From positions 7,271 to 71,270 of the forward strand of contig JAZDJP010000086.1 in assembly GCA_043803805.1 (NCBI GenBank): a stretch of DNA of 64,000 nucleotides, read 5' to 3'. Made by a program: the position numbers and the translations under genes. Origin of the DNA: Planctomycetota bacterium. GTDB lineage: Bacteria; Planctomycetota; JAZDJP01. Positions 47,412 to 56,699 of this stretch are shown one piece after another. Position 1 is the stretch's first letter. Each line of letters starts with the position of its first letter. The notes beneath the pieces are model-generated. The model saw nothing but the letters and a program-made list of their open reading frames with translations, made no database searches and was not told the DNA's origin.

Positions 47412-48286
47412 GCCGCCCCCCGTCCGCCGTCACCCTCCGCTCCCCCGCCAAAGTCAACCTCTTCCTCGAGGTCGTTGGAAAACGCCCCGACGGATATCAC
47501 GAACTCGCCACCGTGATGACAGCGCTCTCACTCCATGACCGGCTGACGTTCCGGCCCTCACGGCGGCTGGCGCTTTCCACCGATCACCCCGACCTCACCA
47601 CGGGCCCGGAGAATCTGATCCTCCGGGCCGTCCGCGCCCTTCAGCAGGCCGCCGGGACCCGGCGCGGGGCGCGCATCACCCTGGAAAAACGCATCCCCAT
47701 CGGGGGCGGGCTGGGAGGCGGTTCGGGGAACGCGGCGACAACCCTCGCCGGCCTGAACCGCCTCTGGAGACTTGGCTTCTCCCGGGAGACGCTCCTCGGC
47801 ATCGCCGGCTCCATCGGCTCGGACACCACCTTCTTCCTGCGCCAGGGAACGGCCCTGTGCCGCGGCCGGGGGGAGGTCGTGACACCGGTCCCCTCCCCGC
47901 CGCCGCTTGACCTGGTCATCGTCTTCCCCGGATTCCCCGTCTCAACCCCGGCCGTCTACCGCCGACCCGAATTGGATTTGACAGCCCCGCGCCGGAGTGC
48001 TACGATTTTCCTGCGGTCGCTCCGTGCGGGACAGCCGGAGACGATCGGCCGGGCGCTTTTTAACCGCTTGGAAAATGCCGCATTCGCCCTTGAGCCGCGC
48101 CTCGTCCGTCTCACGCAAGCCCTTGAACACATCGGTTGCGCCGGGACGCTTCTGGCCGGAAGCGGGGCCAGCGTCTTCGGACTGTGTCGGGACCGCGCGG
48201 AGGCCGGGGGAAACGCCCGTCGCCTGAGAAAAAAAGGATACCGAACCGTCTTCGTCTGCCGGACAACAACCACCCGCACCTGTTGA
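47408..48286 (+). CDS. ispE: 4-diphosphocytidyl-2-C-methyl-D-erythritol kinase
   Basis: PAKVNLFLEV..RPDGYHEL, KRIPIGGGLGGGSGNAA, IGSD, LFNRLE, AGSGASVF. Confidence 0.96.
   Translation: MSRPPSAVTLRSPAKVNLFLEVVGKRPDGYHELATVMTALSLHDRLTFRPSRRLALSTDHPDLTTGPENLILRAVRALQQAAGTRRGARITLEKRIPIGGGLGGGSGNAATTLAGLNRLWRLGFSRETLLGIAGSIGSDTTFFLRQGTALCRGRGEVVTPVPSPPPLDLVIVFPGFPVSTPAVYRRPELDLTAPRRSATIFLRSLRAGQPETIGRALFNRLENAAFALEPRLVRLTQALEHIGCAGTLLAGSGASVFGLCRDRAEAGGNARRLRKKGYRTVFVCRTTTTRTC
47978..48006 (+). promoter_or_regulatory. Internal sigma70 promoter inside ispE, probably driving spoVG
   Basis: TTGACA-N17-TACGAT with an extended -10 TG. Confidence 0.65.
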
Positions 48287-48298
48287 GGAGAATCCGCC

Positions 48299-49153
48299 AT
48301 GGAGATCACCGATGTCAAGGTCAAACTCGCCTCCGACCGCAAGGAGAAGCTGACCGCTTTCTGCACCGTAACGATCAACAACGCCTTCGTCGTGCGGGAT
48401 CTGAAGGTCATCAAGGGCACGACCGGCTACTTCATCGCCATGCCGAGCCAGAAGATCATGGATCGGTGCCCCGCGTGCGGCGGGAAAAACCACCTCCGGG
48501 CCCGGTTCTGCAACGACTGCGGCGGACACCTTCCCGAGGACCGCGCGCCGAAGGACGAACGCGGGCGGTCCAAACTTCATCTCGACATCGCCCACCCCAT
48601 CAATGCGGAGTGCCGGGCGCTCCTGCAGCAAAAAATCATCGAGGCCTACGAGGCCGAGGCGGCCCGCGCCGGGGAGAAGAGCGATACACCGCCCGAGGAA
48701 GCCGCGCCCGCCGATCCGCCCGCGCCGGAAATCCAGGATTTCGAGGAATACGAGAAACACGCCTCTCCCGAGCCGCCCCCCGCGCCCAAGCACCCCCTCC
48801 CCCGCGGGGAGTTCACGAACGTCTCGCGCCGGTCGTCCGATTTCCGGAATGACCGGGATTCGTCCCGCCGCCCGCCCCGCCCCCCGCGCGGCGAAGGGCT
48901 CCCGCGCCCGGCGACGGAAAGCCTTCCTCCGACGAATTCCCCGTCCATCGAACCGGAACCCGGAAACGACGTTGTGCCCGACGCGGACAACATCGGGAAC
49001 CTCCTGCCGCGCCGGACCGAACGGCGTGATGATCGCCCCCTCACCTCCCATCCGGTGACAGCGTCCGCTCCTCCGCCGATACCGCTCCCTGCGCCAAAAC
49101 CGGAGAAAAAGGCGCCGCCCGAGAAGGACAATTTCGGAGCGGGAATTCTCTAA
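48299..49153 (+). CDS. spoVG: SpoVG-family protein with Zn-ribbon insert and long disordered tail
   Basis: [38 protein letters not shown]. Confidence 0.9.
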   Translation: MEITDVKVKLASDRKEKLTAFCTVTINNAFVVRDLKVIKGTTGYFIAMPSQKIMDRCPACGGKNHLRARFCNDCGGHLPEDRAPKDERGRSKLHLDIAHPINAECRALLQQKIIEAYEAEAARAGEKSDTPPEEAAPADPPAPEIQDFEEYEKHASPEPPPAPKHPLPRGEFTNVSRRSSDFRNDRDSSRRPPRPPRGEGLPRPATESLPPTNSPSIEPEPGNDVVPDADNIGNLLPRRTERRDDRPLTSHPVTASAPPPIPLPAPKPEKKAPPEKDNFGAGIL

Positions 49154-49229
49154 CACGAAAGAAACAGGCAACACCACGATGTCACGGAAAATAAAAAACG
49201 ACCATTCCTCCCATTGAGGGCTCCATCCC

Positions 49230-49712
49230 GTGAGACACATCATTTCCTGCCTGGTTCGGAACAAGCCCGGCGTCCTGGCCCAGATCGCGGGACTCATCTC
49301 GAGCCGCGGTTTCAACATCGACAGCTTCACCGGCGGCGAGACGGAGCGTCCGGAGTATTCGAGCCTTACCCTCGTGACGACCGGCGACGACCGCCAAGTC
49401 GCCCATATCGTCAAGCAGCTCCGGAAACTCATCGACACCATCCGGGTAGAGGATATCACGGCGACCCACCCTGTCGAGCGGGATCTGGCCCTCATCAAGG
49501 TGTCCGCCCCGCCGCGCAAACGCCAGGAAATCTATTCCATGGTGGATGTCTTTCGCGGAAAAATCGTGGACATCGGACTTCGGAACATGGTCATCGAGAT
49601 TTCCGGACCGGAGGCGAAGGTGGACGCATTCCTGGAACTTCTGACCCCCTACGGCATCCAGGAGACCATCCGGACCGGACGGATCGCCATGGTACGGGGA
49701 CGAAAGCGTTGA
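49230..49712 (+). CDS. ilvN: Acetolactate synthase small subunit
   Basis: VRNKPGVLAQIAGLISSRGFNIDS, KQLRKLID, RDLALIKV, RTGRIAM. Confidence 0.96.
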   Translation: MRHIISCLVRNKPGVLAQIAGLISSRGFNIDSFTGGETERPEYSSLTLVTTGDDRQVAHIVKQLRKLIDTIRVEDITATHPVERDLALIKVSAPPRKRQEIYSMVDVFRGKIVDIGLRNMVIEISGPEAKVDAFLELLTPYGIQETIRTGRIAMVRGRKR

Positions 49713-49748
49713 AATACCGCGGATCGCGGCACGTGAGGAGAGTCCGGC

Positions 49749-50840
49749 ATGAAAACAATTGATTTCAGCGGCACGAAGGAATCCGTATTCGAGCGGAAGG
49801 ATTTTCCTCCCGCGAAAATCAAAAAAATCCTCGGGAAGGAGACCGTCGCCGTCATCGGCTACGGCGTCCAGGGGCGCGGACAGTCCCTCAACATGAAGGA
49901 CAACGGCCTCTCCGTCATCGTGGGGCTTCGGAAGGGCGGAAGGAGCTGGAACCTGGCGAAGACCGACGGGTGGAAACCGGGAAAGACGCTTTTCCCGATC
50001 GCGGAGGCCGTTGAACGGGGCGCCATCGTCCAATACCTTCTCTCCGACGCCGGACAAAAAGAGATGTGGCCGGTGGTCGGCCCGCGCCTCCGGAAAGGCG
50101 GCGCCCTCTACTTCTCCCATGGCTTCAGCATCGTCTTCAAGGACCAGACGGGAGTCGTCCCGCCCCCCGGCGTGGACGTCATCATGGTTGCCCCCAAGGG
50201 CTCCGGGACGACGCTCCGCCGCCACTTTCTCGAGGGACGGGGCATCAATTCGAGCGTGGCCGTGTTCCAGGACGCAACCGGTCGCGCCTGGAGCCGCACC
50301 TGCGCTCTCGGCATCGCCATCGGATCCGGGTACCTCTACAAAACCACCTTCGACCGCGAGGTGGTGAGCGACCTCTTCGGCGAACGCGGCGTCCTCATGG
50401 GGGCGCTTTACGGACTGTGGCTGGCGCAGTACGAGGTGCTTCGCGAGAAGGGACACACCCCCTCGGAGTCCTTCAACGAGACCGTGGAGGAGGGCACTCA
50501 AAGCCTCATCCCCCTCATCGGGGAGAACGGCATGGACTGGATGTACGCCAACTGCAGCACCACCGCCCAGCGCGGGGCGCTCGACTGGTTCCCCCGATTC
50601 CGGGATATCGTGAAACCTCTTTTCCGCGAACTCTACGAGCAGGTGGCCTCCGGGGCGGAAACGCGGCGGGTCATCGCCGCCAACAGCCGGCCGGACTACC
50701 GCAGGCGGTTGGAAAAGGAACTCGCCGCCATCCGCGATTCGGAGATGTGGCGTGCCGGGGCGGCCGTGCGATCCCTCCGCCCCGAACGCATCGTTCCGAA
50801 AACGTCGACCCGAAAATCCGTCTCAGGGAGAAAATCATGA
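49749..50840 (+). CDS. ilvC: Ketol-acid reductoisomerase
   Basis: VIGYGVQG, LLSD, FSHGF, APKGSG, SDLFGERGVLMG, NCSTTAQRG. Confidence 0.96.
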   Translation: MKTIDFSGTKESVFERKDFPPAKIKKILGKETVAVIGYGVQGRGQSLNMKDNGLSVIVGLRKGGRSWNLAKTDGWKPGKTLFPIAEAVERGAIVQYLLSDAGQKEMWPVVGPRLRKGGALYFSHGFSIVFKDQTGVVPPPGVDVIMVAPKGSGTTLRRHFLEGRGINSSVAVFQDATGRAWSRTCALGIAIGSGYLYKTTFDREVVSDLFGERGVLMGALYGLWLAQYEVLREKGHTPSESFNETVEEGTQSLIPLIGENGMDWMYANCSTTAQRGALDWFPRFRDIVKPLFRELYEQVASGAETRRVIAANSRPDYRRRLEKELAAIRDSEMWRAGAAVRSLRPERIVPKTSTRKSVSGRKS

Positions 50841-51283
50841 CCACCGCGCCCGTAAGCCAGGGCCTGGTCTCTTATGACCAGATCCACCCGGCCCACAAGT
50901 TGCTCATCGCTGCGAGCAACCATTACGTCATCGCCGTCATCGCACTGGGCATTCTCGTCTTCCTGTTCGCCGTCGCCGCCATCCTGTTCCTCCGGCGTCG
51001 GATGATCCTCAATCTCGTGCTTCCCCTGGCCATTCTCCCGGGATTGCTCGGATGGATCGGCAACTGGAGGCTGGAGAACACCATTAAAAACAGTGACTCG
51101 CCCAGCTACTTTAATCAGTCCCGTGTTGTCGCCTTCAACCGGCAATACATGACGCGCCCCCTTCGTTGGGGCTACCGGGTCAGCATCCCCCTGGTCCTTA
51201 TCGGCCTGGCCTCCATGTTTCTGGCCTCGCGGATGATCGGGGAACCCTCCCGTCCGCAGGCCGCCCCGCCGCGGCGACGCTGA
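50837..51283 (+). CDS. Hypothetical 3-TM membrane protein
   Basis: ATGA overlap with ilvC, RBS GGGAG, three hydrophobic segments. Confidence 0.7.
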   Translation: MTTAPVSQGLVSYDQIHPAHKLLIAASNHYVIAVIALGILVFLFAVAAILFLRRRMILNLVLPLAILPGLLGWIGNWRLENTIKNSDSPSYFNQSRVVAFNRQYMTRPLRWGYRVSIPLVLIGLASMFLASRMIGEPSRPQAAPPRRR

Positions 51284-51296
51284 CTCAAGCGGCGAC

Positions 51297-51326
51297 TTGA
51301 CAGGCCCCTGCCCGGGGGGATAGGAT
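51297..51326 (+). promoter_or_regulatory. Sigma70-like promoter of leuA
   Basis: TTGACA-N18-TAGGAT, 30 nt before the leuA ATG. Confidence 0.65.
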
Positions 51327-51356
51327 AGCCGTGGCGATTCGCGGAGGGAGGCATCC

Positions 51357-52916
51357 ATGCGCAAAATTCTCGTCTTCGACACCACCCTTCGGGACGGCGA
51401 GCAATCCCCGGGGTCCAGCCTCAACATCAAGCAGAAACTCGAGGTGGCCCGGGCGCTTGAGCGCCTCCACGTGGACGTCATCGAGGCGGGATTTCCCGTC
51501 GCATCCCCCGGCGATTTCGAGGCCGTGAAGGCCATCGCCGAGGAGATCACGGGCCCGACGATCTGCGGGCTGGCCCGCTGTCACCCGAAGGATATCGAGG
51601 CGGCGGGAAAGGCCCTCAAAGGCGCCGCGCATCCGCGAATCCACGTGTTTCTGGCCACCTCGGAGATCCATCGGAAGTTCAAACTCAACAAGGCGAAGTC
51701 GGAGATTCTCAAACAGGCCGTCGAGGGCGTGAAAATGGCCCTCGCCTGGGTGAAGGACGTGGAGTTCTCTCCGGAGGATGCCTCGCGCACGGAACCTGAT
51801 TTTCTCACGGAGGTCGTGTCCGCGATCATCCGTGCGGGCGCCCGCACCGTCAACATCCCCGACACCGTGGGCTACGCCCTGCCCGGGCCCTACGGAAACC
51901 TCATCCGACACCTCCGGACCACCGTCCCCAACATCGACAAGGCCATCATCTCCGTCCATTGCCACAATGACCTCGGAATGGCCGTGGCGAATTCGCTCTC
52001 GGCCATCGAGGCCGGCGCCGGCCAGGTGGAAGTCACCATCAACGGCATCGGGGAGCGCGCGGGAAATGCCGCCCTCGAGGAAGTGGTAATGGCCCTGAAG
52101 ACGCGGGCCGACCACTTCGATGCGTCCACCGGCGTGGCGACAAAGCGTATTATGGCCACCAGCCGCCTGGTGGCCAACCTCACCGGAACCCTCGTCCAGC
52201 GCAACAAGGCCGTCGTGGGAGAAAACGCCTTCGCCCACGAGTCGGGGATCCACCAGGACGGCATGCTCAAGGAGCGGTCCACGTACGAGATCATGCGCCC
52301 GTCGGACGTGGGTCTGAAGAAGAGCCGCCTCGTCCTCGGGAAGCACTCGGGCCGCCACGCTCTGGGGCACCGGCTCCGGGAACTTGGCTACACCATCGCG
52401 CCGGACAAGCTCGATCCGGTGTTCGCGCGCTTCAAGGACCTCGCCGACAAGAAAAAGGAGGTATTCGACGAGGATCTCGTATCCATCGTCGAGGACGAGA
52501 CGACGGAAATCCCGCGCGTCTACGAACTCCTCTCCTTCCACATCTCCAGCGGGACCCAGACCACCCCGACCGCAACGGTAAAGCTCAAGCTCGCCGACGG
52601 GCGCACGATGCAGGATGCCGGTTGCGGGGACGGCCCGGTGGACGCCATCTACCGGACGGTGGAACGCATCACGGGCATAAAGATCCGTCTCCTCGATTAC
52701 AATCTCCGTGCCGTCACGGGAGGAGAGGACGCCGTGGGCGAGGTGAATCTACTCGTGCGCCACAAGGGAATGGACTTCCGCGGTCGCGCCGCCTCCACCG
52801 ACATCGTGGAGGCCAGCGCCAAAGCCCTCATCAACGTCCTGAACCGGATCGCCTACCGGGCGAAACGCCGGGGATCACGCATGGCAAAAGGGCGGACCGC
52901 GGTCGTCTCGCCGTGA
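51357..52916 (+). CDS. leuA: 2-isopropylmalate synthase
   Basis: FDTTLRDGEQSPG, HCHNDLG, GIGERAGNA, AHESGIHQDG, regulatory-domain GDGPVDA. Confidence 0.98.
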   Translation: MRKILVFDTTLRDGEQSPGSSLNIKQKLEVARALERLHVDVIEAGFPVASPGDFEAVKAIAEEITGPTICGLARCHPKDIEAAGKALKGAAHPRIHVFLATSEIHRKFKLNKAKSEILKQAVEGVKMALAWVKDVEFSPEDASRTEPDFLTEVVSAIIRAGARTVNIPDTVGYALPGPYGNLIRHLRTTVPNIDKAIISVHCHNDLGMAVANSLSAIEAGAGQVEVTINGIGERAGNAALEEVVMALKTRADHFDASTGVATKRIMATSRLVANLTGTLVQRNKAVVGENAFAHESGIHQDGMLKERSTYEIMRPSDVGLKKSRLVLGKHSGRHALGHRLRELGYTIAPDKLDPVFARFKDLADKKKEVFDEDLVSIVEDETTEIPRVYELLSFHISSGTQTTPTATVKLKLADGRTMQDAGCGDGPVDAIYRTVERITGIKIRLLDYNLRAVTGGEDAVGEVNLLVRHKGMDFRGRAASTDIVEASAKALINVLNRIAYRAKRRGSRMAKGRTAVVSP

Positions 52917-53791
52917 TTTCCCGGACGCCCGGATTTCGCATCGATGGCCGCACCCGTGTCTATGCGGTTTTCGGCCACCCGGTGGCCCATACCGCCTCGC
53001 CGGCCATGCAGAACGCGGCCTTCCGGGCTCTCGGGATGAACGCCATCTATGTCGCCCTGGACGTGGCGGTGGCCGATCTTCCCGCCGCGGTGGCCGGCGT
53101 CCGGGCCGCGGGATTCGCCGGAGTGAATCTGACAATCCCCTTGAAAGAGGCCGCGATACCGCTCGTTGACCGTCTGTCGCCGGAGGCGGCCTTCTGCCGG
53201 TCCGTGAACACGCTGGCGATCCGGGGAAACCGGATCCTCGGGCATTCCACCGACGGAACCGGACTCCTTTGCGCCCTCCGGAAAGACCTGAACTTTTCTC
53301 CCCGGGGGAAACGGATTCTTCTCCTCGGCGCGGGCGGCGCGGCCCGCGCCGCGGCCCATGCCCTGGCGCGGAACGGGGTCCGATCCATTACCATCGCCAA
53401 CCGCACCTTGGAACGGGCCCGGCGGCTTGCCGCCGCCCTTGCCGGAATTTTCCCCGGGGGCGCCTTCCCCGCGCTCTCCCTCGCCGACGCGATCCGGGCA
53501 GAGATGACGGATCTCGTCGTGAACGCGACATCGCTCGGGATGAACGGGAAAACCCTCCCGGTGGACCTGAAGACGCTTGCCGGGCATCCGGCCGTTTACG
53601 ACATGATCTACCGCCCGTCGGAAACCCCGCTTCTCAAGACCGCCCGGACCCTGGGGCTTCCCGCGGTTAACGGTCTCGAAATGCTTCTGCATCAGGGCGC
53701 TGCGGCCTTCACAATCTGGACGGGACGGAAGGCGCCGATTGCGATCATGCGGAACGCCCTCAAAGACACACTCATTCAAACAAACGGCTAA
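52913..53791 (+). CDS. aroE: Shikimate dehydrogenase
   Basis: GHPVAHTASPAMQN, NLTIPLK, SVNT, STDG, LGAGGAARA, NATSLG, GLEMLLHQG; GTGA overlap start. Confidence 0.95.
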   Translation: MISRTPGFRIDGRTRVYAVFGHPVAHTASPAMQNAAFRALGMNAIYVALDVAVADLPAAVAGVRAAGFAGVNLTIPLKEAAIPLVDRLSPEAAFCRSVNTLAIRGNRILGHSTDGTGLLCALRKDLNFSPRGKRILLLGAGGAARAAAHALARNGVRSITIANRTLERARRLAAALAGIFPGGAFPALSLADAIRAEMTDLVVNATSLGMNGKTLPVDLKTLAGHPAVYDMIYRPSETPLLKTARTLGLPAVNGLEMLLHQGAAAFTIWTGRKAPIAIMRNALKDTLIQTNG

Positions 53792-53836
53792 AGTCCCCCT
53801 TGCTTCCTACCGATGAAAAAGCCGGGGGAACCGATC

Positions 53837-54016
53837 ATGGCCACAGACGCGTTGTCCAATATCCTCACGAGCATGCTGGCGCCGGCTCAGATTCAGGCGA
53901 CCAAGGATGCGAAAGTCCTGAAAAGCGCGCAGGAAATACAGAAGACCGAGATGGACGCACTCATCGGGATGCTTCAGGAAATGGGCATCGGCCGGAATGT
54001 CGACCTCTACGGATAA
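53837..54016 (+). CDS. Small YjfB-like (putative motility) protein
   Basis: ..KVLKSAQEIQK..LIGML..GIGRNVDLYG, the C-terminal G.G..(V/L)D motif; upstream sigma28-like CTAAAG..CCGATGA. Confidence 0.6.
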   Translation: MATDALSNILTSMLAPAQIQATKDAKVLKSAQEIQKTEMDALIGMLQEMGIGRNVDLYG

Positions 54017-54050
54017 GCCCTTCCCGGAAATTCAAATCCGTCAAAAGATA

Positions 54051-54149
54051 TTACAGTTTCCCCCGGCGTTTCCCCTGGGTTGGTTTGCGGCCGTGATTGG
54101 CACGCTTGCCACGCCAACCCAACTTGTACGTGCGCTTGACCGTTGACAT
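54051..54149 (-). CDS. 50S ribosomal protein bL37-like (32 aa)
   Basis: Hand translation MSTVKRTYKLGWRGKRANHGRKPTQGKRRGKL; strong RBS GGGAGG; ANHGxxP motif of bL37; highly basic. Confidence 0.72.
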   Translation of the reverse strand: MSTVKRTYKLGWRGKRANHGRKPTQGKRRGKL

Positions 54150-54236
54150 GCGAACCTCCCTGATTTGACGCAACTGGTGAACGGAACTCGGAAAACAACG
54201 CCCCCGCCCCGATAATCCAACGCAAACGCCGGGAAT

Positions 54237-54332
54237 TTATCCGTGCAACCGCTGGAACCGCATGCGCTTCCTCAATTTGCGATACTTGTGCTTGTTCATT
54301 TTCTTTCGGCGCTTCTTGAGAACACTTCCCAT
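54237..54332 (-). CDS. 30S ribosomal protein bS22 (AURKAIP1/COX24/DUF1713 family, 31 aa)
   Basis: Hand translation MGSVLKKRRKKMNKHKYRKLRKRMRFQRLHG; RBS GAGGGAGG. Confidence 0.9.
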   Translation of the reverse strand: MGSVLKKRRKKMNKHKYRKLRKRMRFQRLHG

Positions 54333-54482
54333 GACATTCCCCTCCCTCGGTGGATCGATGACGCCGGCGGATTCTATCCCCCTCCGGAGGAACTGTCAAG
54401 GCCACCCGGAGAAGGTTTGTTTTTTCCTCGTTTTTGAACGCCTCCTGTTTACAATGGCGCTCGAAGGGTCACAGGGAATCCC

Positions 54483-56669
54483 ATGGCCGAAAACACCACC
54501 CAGATTGTCCACAAGATGATCGACGAGAAAAAGGTGCTCCATGCGCTCCTGAAGACGCTTCTGGCGAAGCGGCCGCTCACCCAGGACGACATGGACGCCG
54601 TATTCTCCCTCACCATCCAGAAGGTGATTGATGCCATCCAGGCCCAGGCCATCACCATTTTCCTCCTCGACGCGGAAAGCCATATCTGCTTTTCCCACGT
54701 GTACTACTCCCCCAGCATCTACACGAAAGATCCCGAGAAGGAAAAATCCCTGAAAAGCCAGACGACGATGCTGAAGAAAATGAAGCTGAACTACGGGCAG
54801 GGCATCGTCGGGAAGGTTATCCAGACGGGCGAGCCGCACGTGTCCCTGGATGTCCAGAAGGATCCCCAATACTACCAGCGCATCGAAAAGGACACCGGGT
54901 TCACGACGCGCTCCATGATGACGGTGCCCCTCCTGGTGGACAAGAAAGCCATCGGCGCCATCCAGGCATTGAACAAGGAAACGGAGAAGGGACCGGACCT
55001 CTTCAGCCGCCAGGACTTCAAGCTCCTTGCGGAGGTCGCGCAATACTCCTCCCGCATCATCCAGAAAGCCCAGAACCCCGACATGAAACTGGACGACGGG
55101 GAGATCGCCCTGTACGTGTCGCGCCTCACCAAACACGAACTCCTGGAGATCAAGGACGATTTCGAGGCCGACGAGCCGCTCCTCCAGCTCGTGGGCGAGG
55201 ACAACCTCCGGCGGTTCATCGTCCTGCCCCTGAAAAAACTCAGCAGCCAGTCGCTCAAGGTGGCGATGGCCAACCCCCTCGACTTCCACGTCAAGGACGG
55301 CTTCGAGCTGATGACGAAACTCGTCATCACCGAGGTGGTCGTCGCGCCGGAAAGCGACATCCTCCGGATCATCGACAAGCACTTCAAGAAGAAGCCGGGC
55401 GCCTCCAGCGGTAGCATGGGCGACGCGGCGGCGATGCTGAGCGAGGAATACAAGGCCACCACCGAAAAGGTGGACCTCGCCGACGACGCCACGGAGGACA
55501 GCGCCCCCATCGTGCAACTGGCCAACCGCATCATCGAGGACGCCTACAGCCGCGGGGCCAGCGACATCCACATCGAGCCCTTCGAGACGGAGGTGCGGGT
55601 GCGCTTCCGGGTTGACGGATCGCTCCAGGAAATGCTGTGCCTGCCGCCGAAATCGATCCGGGCGCTCGTCGCTCGCCTCAAGATCATGTCCGAGCTGGAC
55701 ATCGCCGAGAGCCGCCTCCCCCAGGACGGCCGGATCGTGTTCAAAAAATACACGAAGACCGGGATCGATGTGGATCTCCGTGTCGCGACCGCCCCCATGA
55801 ACTTCGGGGAGAAGGTCGTCATGCGGCTCCTCGACAAGACGAAGGCAACCCTGGGCCTGGGCCAGCTCGGCTTCTCCGACGAAAACATCAAGCGCTACCG
55901 TGAGTGCATCGCCCAGCCCTACGGGATGGTTCTCCATGTGGGCCCGACGGGAAGCGGCAAGTCCATGACCCTCTACTCGGCCCTCTCCGAGATCAACACC
56001 CCGGATTCCAACATCCAGACGGCCGAGGATCCCATCGAATATACCCTGAAGGGCATCAACCAGATGCAGGTGAAGAAAGACATCGGGCTCACCTTCGCGG
56101 CGGCCCTGCGAAGCTACCTTCGGCAGGATCCGGACATCATCCTTGTCGGCGAGATCCGCGACCTCGAGACCGCCGAGATCGCCGTCGAGGCGGCGCTCAC
56201 CGGACATCTTCTCTTCTCCACCCTCCACACCAACGACGCCGCCGGAACCGTGACGCGCTATCTCGACATGGGCATCGAGCCGTTCATGGTGTCCTCCTCG
56301 CTCCTTGTCATCTGCGCCCAGCGCCTCATGCGGCGACTCTGCTCGAAGTGCAAGCAACTCTACGATCCGAACGAGCGCGAATACGAACTCATGGGGAAAA
56401 TCGGGGCGACGCCGCCTTTCCAGCTTTACAAGGCGCGTGGGTGCCCCGCCTGCAACGGCGCCGGCTACAAGGGCCGGGTGGGAACGCACGAAATCCTCAC
56501 CCCGAACGACGAGATCCGGGCACTGATCAATAAAAAGGCGCCCTCCGAAATCATCAAGGATGCCAGCGTTCGGGCCGGGATGAAGACGCTCCACCAGGAC
56601 AGTCTTCTCAAGGTCAAGGAGGGCATCACCTCCATCGAGGAAGCCCTCGCGAACGTCAGGGCCGATTAA
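54483..56669 (+). CDS. PilB/GspE-family assembly ATPase with an N-terminal GAF domain
   Basis: GAF: GQGIVGKVIQTGEP..D..DP..EKDTGFTTRSMMTVPL..IGAIQALNK..FSRQD. ATPase: ASDIHIEP, LPQDGR, GPTGSGKS, EDPIEY, LRQDPD, STLHTN, CSKC/CPAC. Confidence 0.93.
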   Translation: MAENTTQIVHKMIDEKKVLHALLKTLLAKRPLTQDDMDAVFSLTIQKVIDAIQAQAITIFLLDAESHICFSHVYYSPSIYTKDPEKEKSLKSQTTMLKKMKLNYGQGIVGKVIQTGEPHVSLDVQKDPQYYQRIEKDTGFTTRSMMTVPLLVDKKAIGAIQALNKETEKGPDLFSRQDFKLLAEVAQYSSRIIQKAQNPDMKLDDGEIALYVSRLTKHELLEIKDDFEADEPLLQLVGEDNLRRFIVLPLKKLSSQSLKVAMANPLDFHVKDGFELMTKLVITEVVVAPESDILRIIDKHFKKKPGASSGSMGDAAAMLSEEYKATTEKVDLADDATEDSAPIVQLANRIIEDAYSRGASDIHIEPFETEVRVRFRVDGSLQEMLCLPPKSIRALVARLKIMSELDIAESRLPQDGRIVFKKYTKTGIDVDLRVATAPMNFGEKVVMRLLDKTKATLGLGQLGFSDENIKRYRECIAQPYGMVLHVGPTGSGKSMTLYSALSEINTPDSNIQTAEDPIEYTLKGINQMQVKKDIGLTFAAALRSYLRQDPDIILVGEIRDLETAEIAVEAALTGHLLFSTLHTNDAAGTVTRYLDMGIEPFMVSSSLLVICAQRLMRRLCSKCKQLYDPNEREYELMGKIGATPPFQLYKARGCPACNGAGYKGRVGTHEILTPNDEIRALINKKAPSEIIKDASVRAGMKTLHQDSLLKVKEGITSIEEALANVRAD

Positions 56670-56699
56670 AATGGCGGCCGACCGTCCCGAGGCCATTTC

